This document shows positions 9,452 to 18,816 of a stretch of 64,000 bases of DNA, piece by piece (position 1 is the stretch's first letter; every line of letters starts with the position of its first letter). The stretch is from an uncultured Verrucomicrobiota bacterium (GTDB lineage: Bacteria > Verrucomicrobiota > Verrucomicrobiia > Limisphaerales > UBA1100), in NCBI GenBank assembly GCA_964616045.1, contig CAZTTU010000001.1, forward strand, positions 9,684 to 73,683, written 5' to 3'. The position numbers and the translations under genes are program-made. The notes under the pieces were generated by a model that saw nothing but the letters and a program-made list of their open reading frames with translations, searched no databases and was not told the DNA's origin.

Positions 9452-10690
9452 CTATTTGCCCTGATTTGGCTGGAATGGCGGGAGATTGCGGAATGGTGGC
9501 AACGGGGTCGCGCCTCCGCTTGGCGGTGGGATTGCGCTCGAATCCTCTTTGGCAATTAACTCGCTTCGCTTTTTGAGCAGTGATTCAACTGCGTAACCTT
9601 CCACCTGAAACACCCATTTATTAAACCTCTTTTCCGCTTCAAGTTTCTCTTTCAATTTCGCCTGAGCCTCAACCCATTCGCTGTCCAGACGATCTTTATC
9701 CTCCGGTTTCTCGTCGGAACCCGGCGCGCGTTTTTCCGGGAAACTGGCGTTGATATCCAGCTTAAGCGTGTAATCACCATTTAGATTCTTTTTACTTACT
9801 GTGACTAAGTATTTAAATCCGTCACTGGTGCCGACCTCAATTTTTGTTGCATTCTCATCCAGGGATGCGGCCTGTTGCTTATTGGCGATATCTTTAAAAC
9901 TCGGCGAAGAAAACGGAGTTGTAGGTGCGGTGGCTGTGTCAAGCTTCTGGTCTTTCTTTGATCCTGCCAATGACCATTCAGCAGTGCCATTCACATCCGC
10001 TTTAATTATTTTCCAGGAATTGGTTGATTCGGTGCCGGCATAGGACACGGCGATACTGCTTGGGTTGTCTATTTTGAAAAAATCCTTATTCAACCAATCG
10101 CTCGGCGTGGTTGTGGCATTACTAAAGGTCTGGTCAACAACAGCGATGGTCTCACGGTTTCCATTCAACATTATAAACCGTCGATCAGCAAAATCGCCAC
10201 CACCAAAGACTGAGGAATTGCCCGTGTCCCGTGCAGGCGCAATTTCCTTGCCAAGATTCAAAGTGTAAACTGCCTTTGCAGCATCCCCTAAAAGTGTGAC
10301 CTGCGTAGCAGTGTTAATTGCACTTTTTCCTGGCTCCAGTAAATGAATGCGCCCCAATTGGTTGGCGCTAGCCGACACCTGTCGCAAAACCTTCATTTCC
10401 TTGAACTCTTTCACGAAACGCTCGATTCGGTCAGGGTCAGCCGGGAAATCCCTGCCGTTCCCAACAACCCAGGAATCTTTTCCCCGGCTTAAATTGAGTG
10501 TTTCCACGACGGCGCTTGTCTCATTTGCCGCAGAAATCTTAATGGATTGTATCTTCCCAACAGGTAAATCAGCCAGGGGCTCCTGCCCTATAATCATTTG
10601 CGGCTCCCCATTCCCTCCGGTGCTAATCTTATACACTACCACTACAAGCCCAAGGGCAATACACATTGATACTAGTTGTTTGTTTTTCAT
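9452..10690 (-). CDS. DUF4340-like protein (GldG-associated)
   Basis: N-terminal TM segment, 412 aa. It lies immediately downstream of the GldG-type gene with a TGATG overlap, which is the usual DUF4340 position and size. Confidence 0.5.
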   Translation of the reverse strand: MKNKQLVSMCIALGLVVVVYKISTGGNGEPQMIIGQEPLADLPVGKIQSIKISAANETSAVVETLNLSRGKDSWVVGNGRDFPADPDRIERFVKEFKEMKVLRQVSASANQLGRIHLLEPGKSAINTATQVTLLGDAAKAVYTLNLGKEIAPARDTGNSSVFGGGDFADRRFIMLNGNRETIAVVDQTFSNATTTPSDWLNKDFFKIDNPSSIAVSYAGTESTNSWKIIKADVNGTAEWSLAGSKKDQKLDTATAPTTPFSSPSFKDIANKQQAASLDENATKIEVGTSDGFKYLVTVSKKNLNGDYTLKLDINASFPEKRAPGSDEKPEDKDRLDSEWVEAQAKLKEKLEAEKRFNKWVFQVEGYAVESLLKKRSELIAKEDSSAIPPPSGGATPLPPFRNLPPFQPNQGK

Positions 10691-13482
10691 CAGGCTTGTG
10701 TTCTTTTTCTTGTCTGGATTGCCAAACCGACTCCGAAGAGGGTGATGAGAAATGGCATGCCCGCGATGCTATACCATTTGATGCGGTTACGCAGGGATGT
10801 TATGGCGGCAGTGCGTTTTTTCTTTATCCGCCGGATCGATTTTCGGGCTGTATCCTGTGTCTCCTTAAACTTAGCTCGACTATCCTCCAATTTTTTTTGG
10901 TCCTCCTTTGACATTCGAAGGGTGATAACCCTTTGTCCAGTCTGCAAGGCTTCCTGAAACTGCTCTTGCAGCTTCTTTGCCACTTCAGCTTCTTTTGCAG
11001 CTGCCTCCTCCAGGTCCTTCACATGTTTGTCGAGCTCCTCCTGAATATCGGCGGTTGCCTTCTCCTCCATCTCGTTCAGTTTCTCCAAAGGACGGATGCG
11101 GTTGGCCAGCCCTCTTATGCGAATGAGATCCTCATCCCCTGTCATGTAACCAACGAGATTCATAAAGAAATCCAAGTTACTGCTCCGGAAGAAGGGGCCG
11201 CGCAATTGGTCAAGCTGATAAATGGCATCATGAAGAAGATCCACATCGCCCACCAACACCACTGCCGGCGTCTTGCCCTTTAACGCAACCTTTAGTGCTG
11301 CGTCCTTGGGCTTGGGTGTGGTCGAGTTGGTATCCGGGGCAATGGCTTCGGGATCCCCGTCACTAAAGGCCGTCTTAAACGGGCCAGTCAGCTTCAATGC
11401 CAATATATTTGCCTGACTTGTTCCGGTGAAATCCTTGAGGATTTGAGCCTGAGATTTTTGGAAGGAAGGGAAAGGGAATAGTGGCTTGGCTTGACTGCCT
11501 AGAATCATCATAGAATTGGTTGAGCTTTGAAACAGCATGGTTTGGGAGAGCCCCTTATCCTTGGCATTGCCTGTAAACCCGCCAAAATGTATGCCCGACA
11601 GAGTGCCAAGATTTTGTACTACGGGATCATTTTTATTGAAATCATCATCTTGAATATGCACGGCGGTGGGAAACTGTATGCCGCTTTCTTGGGGGCGAAG
11701 GCCGTATGCCTTGTCAGACAGGACCATACGATCCGAGAAGCTCAATCCCCATGCAGATAGGAGTTTGTTGAGAGTAGAACGACTCTCTCCGCCTCCGAAA
11801 CCACCCATGGGACCTTGATCCATCGCATGATGCGGATCAAGGAATACAGCCAGTTTCCCGCCGCCAAGTACATATTGGTCGAGTGCAAATTCAGTGCGAT
11901 CAGATATGTCCTTTGGGTGAATAACAAGTAAAAGATCAGGGGTTTTTTCTTCACCCCGTTCATCAATATAATTGATTTTTTCAGCGCTCATCTCAACTTG
12001 CTTTATATTACTGCGGCCATATTCGCGCATAAGGGCCTGCGCTATAATCCATGGTTGGGCGGGGCGTTGGTTGCGCATCATCTGTGGCGGCATTCCCTGG
12101 GGAAAGCCGCCCATGATTTGCAAGGGAGACATGATGCCAATTACAGGTTTATCTTTTTCCTCGGGAAGTAAACGGGAGATGGCCGCTGAAATATCATACT
12201 CGAGATTTCCTTCCGGACGCAGTCCGCGGATGCGCCCATCTGGCCCCTGTTCCAGCAGATTTACTTTTTCAGTTCTGTCAGCATAGCTCAAGGTCAAGCC
12301 AAGGTAGGCGAATTCTTCCAAGCCAATCTGCATTTTGGCGATCGAGTCATGATCTGCCAGCTCCTGTTCATCAGTGTCGGGTTGGGGGTTTATTCGGTTG
12401 TATAAAATGTCCCCTTTGGCTGCTGTGTCACGGTATTCCTTGAGCAGTTCGTCAACGCGCACCGCATATTGGCGCACGGCCACCTGCACGCGGTCTTCAC
12501 CACGCGTGAAATACAAGCGTGCTTCCAGCTTAAAACTGTCATCTTCATCGCCCCGCGCTTTATTCAGCCGCATGAGTATGTTTTTTGTGCCGCTGGACAG
12601 CGTGTGAATCTTGTTTTCGGTCAAGTCCACCTTTGCGCGAACAGGATGAATTACAAAATTCATGAGCAACAAAATTAAAGCAAGCAAGCCAACTAGTATG
12701 CTGCTTAGGGCAAAGCCCTCGATTTTTTTTGTTTCCTGACCGCTGCGAACAATGGCCGCTGTGGCGAAAAGTGCCAGCGTGATTACCGACACAAAAAACA
12801 CTAGGTCGCGAAGGTGCAACACTCCACGTTGTAGGGGTTCAAAGTGGGTCATCACACTAAGGCCGGAAACTACCGTCACAATACGATCATTGCCGGGGAA
12901 TTGACTTTGAATAAAGTCAGTTACAGGGGGGAATCCAGCAAGGATCGTGAAGAGACATATGACCACCGAGAGAATAAAACTTACAACCTGGTTGCGTGTC
13001 AGGGCTGAGGTCATGCATCCAATGGCCAGATATGCTCCCGACATTAATGCACTGCCGATGTAAGCACACAGGATGGCACCATTGTCGGGCTTGCCCAGAA
13101 AAATGGGCGTAAGCCATATTGGAAAGGTAAGGGCAAGCGCCAAGATTAAAAATGCCCATGAGGCTAGGAATTTGCCGATAACGGCCTGCGCTGGAGTAAT
13201 TGGCAAAGTTAAAAGCAGCTCCAGTGTGCCGGTGCGTTTTTCTTCAGACCACAAACGCATGGCTACCGCTGGCACTAGGAAAAGATAGAGCCATGGGTGC
13301 CACAGGAAAAAGGAGCCTAGCGAAGCTTCGTCCCGCCGGAAAAAATCCTGGCCAACCATGAAGGTAAAGAATCCGGCGAGCAAAAGGAAAATCACCAAAA
13401 ACACATACGCTACCGGTGAGGTGAAGTAGCTGGTGAATTCACGCTTGGCGATTGTGAAAATATTACGGATGGGAGAATTCAT
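10690..13482 (-). CDS. Fusion of ABC-2 type permease (GldF-like) and GldG-like ABC-transport auxiliary domain, with C-terminal coiled coil and TM anchor
   Basis: The first ~250 aa contain six hydrophobic helices (an ABC-2 permease). A large soluble region follows, with the GldG-type pattern (..LLVIHPKD..GGKLAVFLDP..). The coiled coil EELDKHVKDLEEAAAKEAEVAKKLQEQ comes next, then the terminal TM MPFLITLFGVGLAI. Confidence 0.7.
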   Translation of the reverse strand: MNSPIRNIFTIAKREFTSYFTSPVAYVFLVIFLLLAGFFTFMVGQDFFRRDEASLGSFFLWHPWLYLFLVPAVAMRLWSEEKRTGTLELLLTLPITPAQAVIGKFLASWAFLILALALTFPIWLTPIFLGKPDNGAILCAYIGSALMSGAYLAIGCMTSALTRNQVVSFILSVVICLFTILAGFPPVTDFIQSQFPGNDRIVTVVSGLSVMTHFEPLQRGVLHLRDLVFFVSVITLALFATAAIVRSGQETKKIEGFALSSILVGLLALILLLMNFVIHPVRAKVDLTENKIHTLSSGTKNILMRLNKARGDEDDSFKLEARLYFTRGEDRVQVAVRQYAVRVDELLKEYRDTAAKGDILYNRINPQPDTDEQELADHDSIAKMQIGLEEFAYLGLTLSYADRTEKVNLLEQGPDGRIRGLRPEGNLEYDISAAISRLLPEEKDKPVIGIMSPLQIMGGFPQGMPPQMMRNQRPAQPWIIAQALMREYGRSNIKQVEMSAEKINYIDERGEEKTPDLLLVIHPKDISDRTEFALDQYVLGGGKLAVFLDPHHAMDQGPMGGFGGGESRSTLNKLLSAWGLSFSDRMVLSDKAYGLRPQESGIQFPTAVHIQDDDFNKNDPVVQNLGTLSGIHFGGFTGNAKDKGLSQTMLFQSSTNSMMILGSQAKPLFPFPSFQKSQAQILKDFTGTSQANILALKLTGPFKTAFSDGDPEAIAPDTNSTTPKPKDAALKVALKGKTPAVVLVGDVDLLHDAIYQLDQLRGPFFRSSNLDFFMNLVGYMTGDEDLIRIRGLANRIRPLEKLNEMEEKATADIQEELDKHVKDLEEAAAKEAEVAKKLQEQFQEALQTGQRVITLRMSKEDQKKLEDSRAKFKETQDTARKSIRRIKKKRTAAITSLRNRIKWYSIAGMPFLITLFGVGLAIQTRKRTQA

Positions 13483-14220
13483 CTAGGCAGCCTCCTCTTT
13501 GATTGTGTCTGAAACGGTGAGTTCGCGGAAAAGGTCATCCAGTCGCCCTGTCTTGCTCTTCTTCTTGAGTTCGTCCGGCGTCCCGTTGGCAACGATAGAC
13601 CCTCGGTCAATTATGATTGCCCGAGTGCAGGCGGCGTCAACTTCCTCCAGAATATGTGTGGAGAAGATGATTGCCTTGGACTCGCCCAGTCGTTTTATGA
13701 GTTGGCGGGCACCATGCTTCTGATTGGGATCCAAACCATCGGTAGGCTCATCCAAAATAAGAACATCCGGATCATGAAGAAGTGATTGTGCCAGACACGT
13801 GCGATGGGTGAAGCCTTTTGAAAGCGTCTCAATGCTCTGGTGCCGCACTTTACTGAGGGAACATTCATCTATTGAACGATCAACAGCTTCATCCCGTTCA
13901 GCTCCATTTAGGTTGCGCATTTCAGCCGCAAAACGAAGGAATCCCTGAACGGTCATATCCGGGTAAGATGGCGCGTTCTCTGGAAGATATCCGATCAATG
14001 ATTTTGCTTGCTCGGGTGATTCCAGCATATGATGTTCACCCACAATAACCGTGCCGCTATCTGGCGCGATAAAGCCGGTAATCATCCGCATGGTGGTTGA
14101 TTTTCCAGCACCATTGGGACCCAAAAAACCAAGCACCTCGCCCTTCTTGACGGAGAAGCTGACATTGTCGACGGCAACTATCGCACCGAAGGTCTTTCTC
14201 AGGTTTTCTACTTTTATCAT
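13483..14220 (-). CDS. ABC transporter ATP-binding protein (GldA-like)
   Basis: Walker A GPNGAGKST, signature LSKGFTHR, Walker B LILDEPTDGLD. It abuts the permease gene. Confidence 0.92.
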   Translation of the reverse strand: MIKVENLRKTFGAIVAVDNVSFSVKKGEVLGFLGPNGAGKSTTMRMITGFIAPDSGTVIVGEHHMLESPEQAKSLIGYLPENAPSYPDMTVQGFLRFAAEMRNLNGAERDEAVDRSIDECSLSKVRHQSIETLSKGFTHRTCLAQSLLHDPDVLILDEPTDGLDPNQKHGARQLIKRLGESKAIIFSTHILEEVDAACTRAIIIDRGSIVANGTPDELKKKSKTGRLDDLFRELTVSDTIKEEAA

Positions 14221-14444
14221 ATCAGTTCAGTTGCACTGGCAGGCAATGATGCAAAAATTCGGGGACGGTTTATACAATAAATGACGGGAGGGTCAATATC
14301 ACAATTGCCAATCTCAATGGGTTTTTTTGCCAACGAAGCCTGATTTCAGATCATGCGAGCGGAGTGCGTCCCATTCGCAATGCTTCCAGCGGGCGAATAT
14401 TTCAAGAACCTCCTCCACGGAAAAACATCTCTCGAGACAGAGGC

Positions 14445-16220
14445 TCATTCCTTGGAATCCAGATCCTTAATCTTTGCCTCGATCTTGGTCTTGATGCCTG
14501 CATCTATATCCTTAATGGTGAGTGCCTTGTTCAAGTACTCTCGTGCCTTGGCATTGTTATTTAGGGCGTGATAAATCTCACCGAGGTGCAGGAAAATTTC
14601 CGGATCATCTTCCTTGGCGTGCTTCAGGGCCTTGAGTTGCCAACGTAACGCCTCCTTGTGATCGCCTTCGCGGAAAAAAACCCATGCCATGCTGTCCAAA
14701 AAGGCAGGGTTTTCTGGTTGTTCCTTTAAAGCGAGGCCGATGAACTTCTTTGCTTCAATGAGATTTTCATTTCGGTCTGCCCACATGTAGCCGAGATAAT
14801 TCAGGGCCGTGGCGTAGTCCGGCTTGATGGCGATGGATTTACGGAAATATTTTTCGGCATCCTTGTATTTGGCGGCACGCTCGGCAGTGGAGCCCAGTTG
14901 GAAATAGAGAAAGTGTGTCAGGCGATCGGGGTCAGATTTTTTGGCCACTTCCTCTGCTTCCAGCAGGTGCTTGTGCGCTTCGGCAAATTCATCTTTTTGC
15001 AGGTGGATCATAGCCTTGAAATAGGCTTGCTGAAAATTAGGCTGAAAACGGTCCTTGGCTTTCTGGAGCTCTTCGGCCGCATCATCGGGCTTATCATCTG
15101 AGAGGAGCGCTGAAATCAGATCATAATAAACCTGCTCAAGCCGAGGCCGAATCTTGATGGCTTCACGATAATGCTTCACAGCAAGAGAATATTCATCCTG
15201 ATCCATGGCTATGGCCGCACGAAGCTGATGGCCCTGCCAGTTCTTGGGAAACTTTTTGATTAGCGCGTCGAGGTGAATCTTTGCCTGATCCATCTTGCCG
15301 GCCAATGCGTGACCGCGGGCGGTTTCAAGCAGGACGGCCGGATTGTTCGGAAGCAGCTTCAAGAGGCTTTCCATTACCAGCGCGGCCTTGTCGTGGATCC
15401 CGTTACCACGATAGGCACGCGCCAGATTTTCGAGCAAGATTGGTTGCTTAGGTTTGTCTGCCCAAGCCTCATCAAGGAGTTTGCTTATCTTTGGTTTAAG
15501 TTCATCGACAGCCTTTTTGTCCAATTCAAGATAACCGAGAAGCATGATGGCGAGCTCCACCTGATAAGGCGCGGGCACGTCTGTTTGAGTCATTGCCCTA
15601 TCCAGCACTTCACGAATCTGCTTGGTTCGCTTGGCTCCAGCCTTGACCTCCTGGCGGTAAATTTGGACCAGGGATTTGTAGCCAACAATCAGCTTTGGGC
15701 CCTTCCGAATGGCGTTTTCCGAAGCTACCTTGGCCAGTTCAGGCTTTTTTCTTTCAAGATAAGCGGCAGCCAGCAACGCGTGCAGATTGGCGGGGGCATC
15801 AGTATCTTTGGTGGCCTTGATGAGCAATTGAAACAGCTTGTCCTTTTGGCGTGACAGGATGAGAAACTGGACAACCTCCATGACAACCTTTTCGTTGGTG
15901 GGATCTGCCAAGGCAGCTAGGTAAAATTCCTCACTCGCCTCCTTGCGCTCACCGCGTTCACGGTGAGCCACGCCAGCAGCATAGTGCGCCATGGCTCGAA
16001 TGCGGCGCTCCATTTTGGCATCCTCCTCCACCTCTTTTGGTGTGGGTTTCTTGGGTTTGTCCGGCTTCGATGTTGCGGGAGAATCCAGGTTCGCAACAGG
16101 TTGTTGGCTGGCTCCTGTCAATGCCCGCCCAAGAGTCTCCTCGACCGGGGGATCGGCGGGCAGCGCACACCCTGCGTGCAATAGTCCGCCCACGACGACC
16201 ATGATAAGGTTTCGGAACAT
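14445..16220 (-). CDS. TPR-repeat lipoprotein
   Basis: MFRNLIMVVVGGLLHAGC lipobox, then many 34-aa TPR-like repeats (..A..YL..A....P....A...LG..Y). Confidence 0.75.
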   Translation of the reverse strand: MFRNLIMVVVGGLLHAGCALPADPPVEETLGRALTGASQQPVANLDSPATSKPDKPKKPTPKEVEEDAKMERRIRAMAHYAAGVAHRERGERKEASEEFYLAALADPTNEKVVMEVVQFLILSRQKDKLFQLLIKATKDTDAPANLHALLAAAYLERKKPELAKVASENAIRKGPKLIVGYKSLVQIYRQEVKAGAKRTKQIREVLDRAMTQTDVPAPYQVELAIMLLGYLELDKKAVDELKPKISKLLDEAWADKPKQPILLENLARAYRGNGIHDKAALVMESLLKLLPNNPAVLLETARGHALAGKMDQAKIHLDALIKKFPKNWQGHQLRAAIAMDQDEYSLAVKHYREAIKIRPRLEQVYYDLISALLSDDKPDDAAEELQKAKDRFQPNFQQAYFKAMIHLQKDEFAEAHKHLLEAEEVAKKSDPDRLTHFLYFQLGSTAERAAKYKDAEKYFRKSIAIKPDYATALNYLGYMWADRNENLIEAKKFIGLALKEQPENPAFLDSMAWVFFREGDHKEALRWQLKALKHAKEDDPEIFLHLGEIYHALNNNAKAREYLNKALTIKDIDAGIKTKIEAKIKDLDSKE

Positions 16221-16307
16221 ATTAATCACTAGATCCCTTTATTGGGGCACACTCGGCCAAATCGGTTGAGCGTAATATTGCAGGCATGGGCCAAATAAGC
16301 CCAATGC

Positions 16308-16403
16308 CTACCACTTACGTTTCTTGTGGCGATTGGCCCGTGAGGCCTTGCGCCGCTTGTGCTTGTTGATCTTTGTTTTTCGTCGTTTTTTTAACGATCC
16401 CAT
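16308..16403 (-). CDS. 31-aa ultra-basic protein, bS22 / AURKAIP1-COX24-like
   Basis: Hand translation gives MGSLKKRRKTKINKHKRRKASRANRHKKRKW, then a stop. It resembles mycobacterial bS22 ([25 protein letters not shown]..). Below the ORF-track length cutoff. Confidence 0.55.
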   Translation of the reverse strand: MGSLKKRRKTKINKHKRRKASRANRHKKRKW

Positions 16404-16431
16404 ATGTTTTTTCTCTAGTTAGTGAGAGATT

Positions 16432-17316
16432 CTAATATAGCACTTTATTCAGTGGATATTCAATAATTCCTTCAGCTCCAGCTGCTTTCAGGCTGGGAAT
16501 AATCTCCCGTGCGATAGATTCATCAATTATGGTTTCCACAGCGACCCAGCCGGTTTGGCTGAGTTCATTGACTGTGGGATTGCGCAGCGCGGGAAGCTGC
16601 TTGAGCACTTTATTGAGGTTGGCACGTTTAATGTTCAACTTAAGGCCCGCCTTGACTTCAGCGTCGATGGCGCCGCGCAGTAGCAGCGCCATGGTTTCAA
16701 TCTTCTCGCGCTTCCACTTGTTTTTCCATGCATCTTTGTTTGCAATAAGGCGCGGCGTACTGCTCATTAGTTCCTCAACGATGCGCAGGTTGTTCGCTCG
16801 CAGGCTGCCGCCTGTTTCAGTGACCTCCACAATGGCATCGACCAACTCGTGGGCCTTCACCTCAGTGGCACCCCAGGAAAACTCCACCCTGGCCTTTACG
16901 CCGTTTTTTTTCAGCCAACGCTTGGTCAGGCCCACCACCTCGGTCGCGATGAGCTTGCCCTCAAGATCCTTGACCGACTTTATCTTGGATTTTTCCGGAA
17001 CCGCCAGCACCCAGCGTGCGGGTCGTCGCGTCGCTTTGCTGAAAAGAAATTCACCAACCTCATGCACCTTTGAGTTGTTTTCCTCAATCCAGTCTCGCCC
17101 CGTGATCCCGCAATCAAGATAGCCGCGTTCCACGTAAATGCTCATTTCCTGTGCGCGGATGGTTCGGATATCCAACTCATCGTCGTCAACCGAGGGCAGG
17201 TACGACCGACTGCTGACATGGATGTTCCACCCCGCCTTGGCCAACTTGGCCACGGTGGCATCCTGCAGGCTGCCTTTTGGCAACCCAAAGCGTAATTGTT
17301 TCTTTTTACCACTCAT
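16432..17316 (-). CDS. hisG: ATP phosphoribosyltransferase, long form
   Basis: [12 protein letters not shown]-terminus, and a length consistent with the C-terminal regulatory domain. ATG 17316 is preferred over GTG 17337. Confidence 0.9.
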   Translation of the reverse strand: MSGKKKQLRFGLPKGSLQDATVAKLAKAGWNIHVSSRSYLPSVDDDELDIRTIRAQEMSIYVERGYLDCGITGRDWIEENNSKVHEVGEFLFSKATRRPARWVLAVPEKSKIKSVKDLEGKLIATEVVGLTKRWLKKNGVKARVEFSWGATEVKAHELVDAIVEVTETGGSLRANNLRIVEELMSSTPRLIANKDAWKNKWKREKIETMALLLRGAIDAEVKAGLKLNIKRANLNKVLKQLPALRNPTVNELSQTGWVAVETIIDESIAREIIPSLKAAGAEGIIEYPLNKVLY

Positions 17317-17449
17317 CCTAGAGATGAAAAACCGCACCTAGCCCGAAGCCGAAGAAAAGTGTGCCACACTTCTCTTGCTCGCGAGCGGGATGGTTTGACA
17401 CTGATAAGGCGCAAAAGCGAACCTTTTTTCAATTATTTTGTGTACTTAA

Positions 17450-18076
17450 CTATGCCGTTCGCATTGCGCGGCGACCTTTCAAAGTTACTTTTCCCGATGC
17501 AATGGCTGCAATCGCTTCGGGATAAATACGTTGTTCCACGATCTGAATGCGTTCATGCAGACTTTCAGGCGTATCATCATCCATTATCGGTACCGGTTCC
17601 TGGACAATGACCGGCCCGGAATCCACACCCTGATCCACGTAATGAACAGTGGCTCCAGTGACCTTCACCCCATGATCCAATGCCTGCTTCCAGGCCTCCA
17701 AGCCGGGAAATGAGGGTAGTAGCGAGGGATGTACATTCACTACGCGACCTTCAAACTCCCGGAGAAATTCACCCTTCAAAATGCGCATGAACCCCGCCAG
17801 CACTACTAGATCCACCTTGGCCTCGCGCAGTGCGGTGATGTATGCTTGCTCCGCGTCCTCATCGAGTTTCGTGCGGTAATCGCCCGGCGAAATAAACCGA
17901 TGCGCCACTCCCAACCGCTCCGCTCGTGAAAGAATCCCTGCCCCTTCCACGTCACTTAATACAATGGCAACATCCGCCGCGACATCCCCGCGCGCGCATG
18001 CATCGGCCACCGCCACAAAGTTGGACCCCTTGCCTGAGCCCAGTACACCCAACCGAAATGAATTGGAGTCAGCCAT
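17450..18076 (-). CDS. purN: Phosphoribosylglycinamide formyltransferase
   Basis: GVLGSGKGSNF, VLAGFMRIL and NVHPSLLPSFPG motifs. Confidence 0.92.
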   Translation of the reverse strand: MADSNSFRLGVLGSGKGSNFVAVADACARGDVAADVAIVLSDVEGAGILSRAERLGVAHRFISPGDYRTKLDEDAEQAYITALREAKVDLVVLAGFMRILKGEFLREFEGRVVNVHPSLLPSFPGLEAWKQALDHGVKVTGATVHYVDQGVDSGPVIVQEPVPIMDDDTPESLHERIQIVEQRIYPEAIAAIASGKVTLKGRRAMRTA

Positions 18077-18252
18077 GCAAAATTCAACCTACCCCAATCT
18101 TTAGCCCTCCGGCAAACCAGAAGATATATTTAACGCCCACGCGTTTCTCCTGAGGCGGCAGTCGATTTTCAGAAATGCACGCGTACAAGCGGTGGGAGCC
18201 GATAGCTTGAGTGCAGCAGATTGGTTGGAGCATCCGACAGCAACCAACAGAA

Positions 18253-18492
18253 TCAAAATTGTAAAAGTGATTCGATAAAATACTTTAACAAAACTATCAC
18301 CACAACGGCAATTGCAATTGGGGTAAGAAAAATTAATAAACTTGTTTTATCGAATTTATTCATTCTTTGCCCCCGAGACGCAACCACTTCTGCTCGTTCA
18401 TCTGAATCTCCTTTTGGCGAGCTACGCCAATAGCCAGCGCCAAACGCTATGATGCAAAGCAAAGCGAAGATGACGACGTGTTCCTTGGGCAT
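18253..18492 (-). CDS. Hypothetical small two-TM membrane protein
   Basis: MPKEHVVIFALLCIIAFGAGYW ... LLIFLTPIAIAVVVIVLL. It sits in a locally AT-rich patch. No family recognised. Confidence 0.3.
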   Translation of the reverse strand: MPKEHVVIFALLCIIAFGAGYWRSSPKGDSDERAEVVASRGQRMNKFDKTSLLIFLTPIAIAVVVIVLLKYFIESLLQF

Positions 18493-18560
18493 TACTTGCC
18501 ACACCTTACGCCCCTGCTCACACCGCCGCAAACCCGAACTTTCACCACAATAAAAGCGGC

Positions 18561-18816
18561 ATGAACCTCAAACTTTTCGTCGACATCTATAACCGCAAGC
18601 TGGTCAAGAGTGTGACCAGTGATTTTCCTGTGAGTTTGCCCACAATCTTCCGCGAGGACTGGATTGATCTGGAAGTCACGTTGCTGGAACCCACCGGCAC
18701 CATCACCAGTCCGGTAAGTGTGGTGGATGTGGCGGCACTCTCAATCAAGGTGGCCATTGGCAATCCTCAACTAAAAACCATTGCCCACCACGCGACCGCC
18801 GCCTACGCTCACGCGC
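18561..18816 (+). pseudogene. Possible 5' remnant of an unknown gene
   Basis: The first ~75 codons look protein-like (MNLKLFVDIYNRKLVKSVTSDFPVSLPTIFREDWIDLEVTLLEPTG..). The frame then runs out of phase across the amidohydrolase start and becomes low-complexity. Confidence 0.2.

Noticed and set aside
16529-17122. 197-aa plus-strand ORF
   Set aside because: It is antisense to hisG and its product is Ser/Arg-rich low complexity. Shadow ORF.
18781-18816. TTG start at 18781 for the amidohydrolase, and the distal two-thirds of ORF 18561-19013
   Set aside because: The ATG at 18817 yields a proper signal peptide. The upstream extension (MPTTRPPPTLTR) and the overlapping frame (..GPRTGGRPGHRQAGH..) look like out-of-frame read-through.
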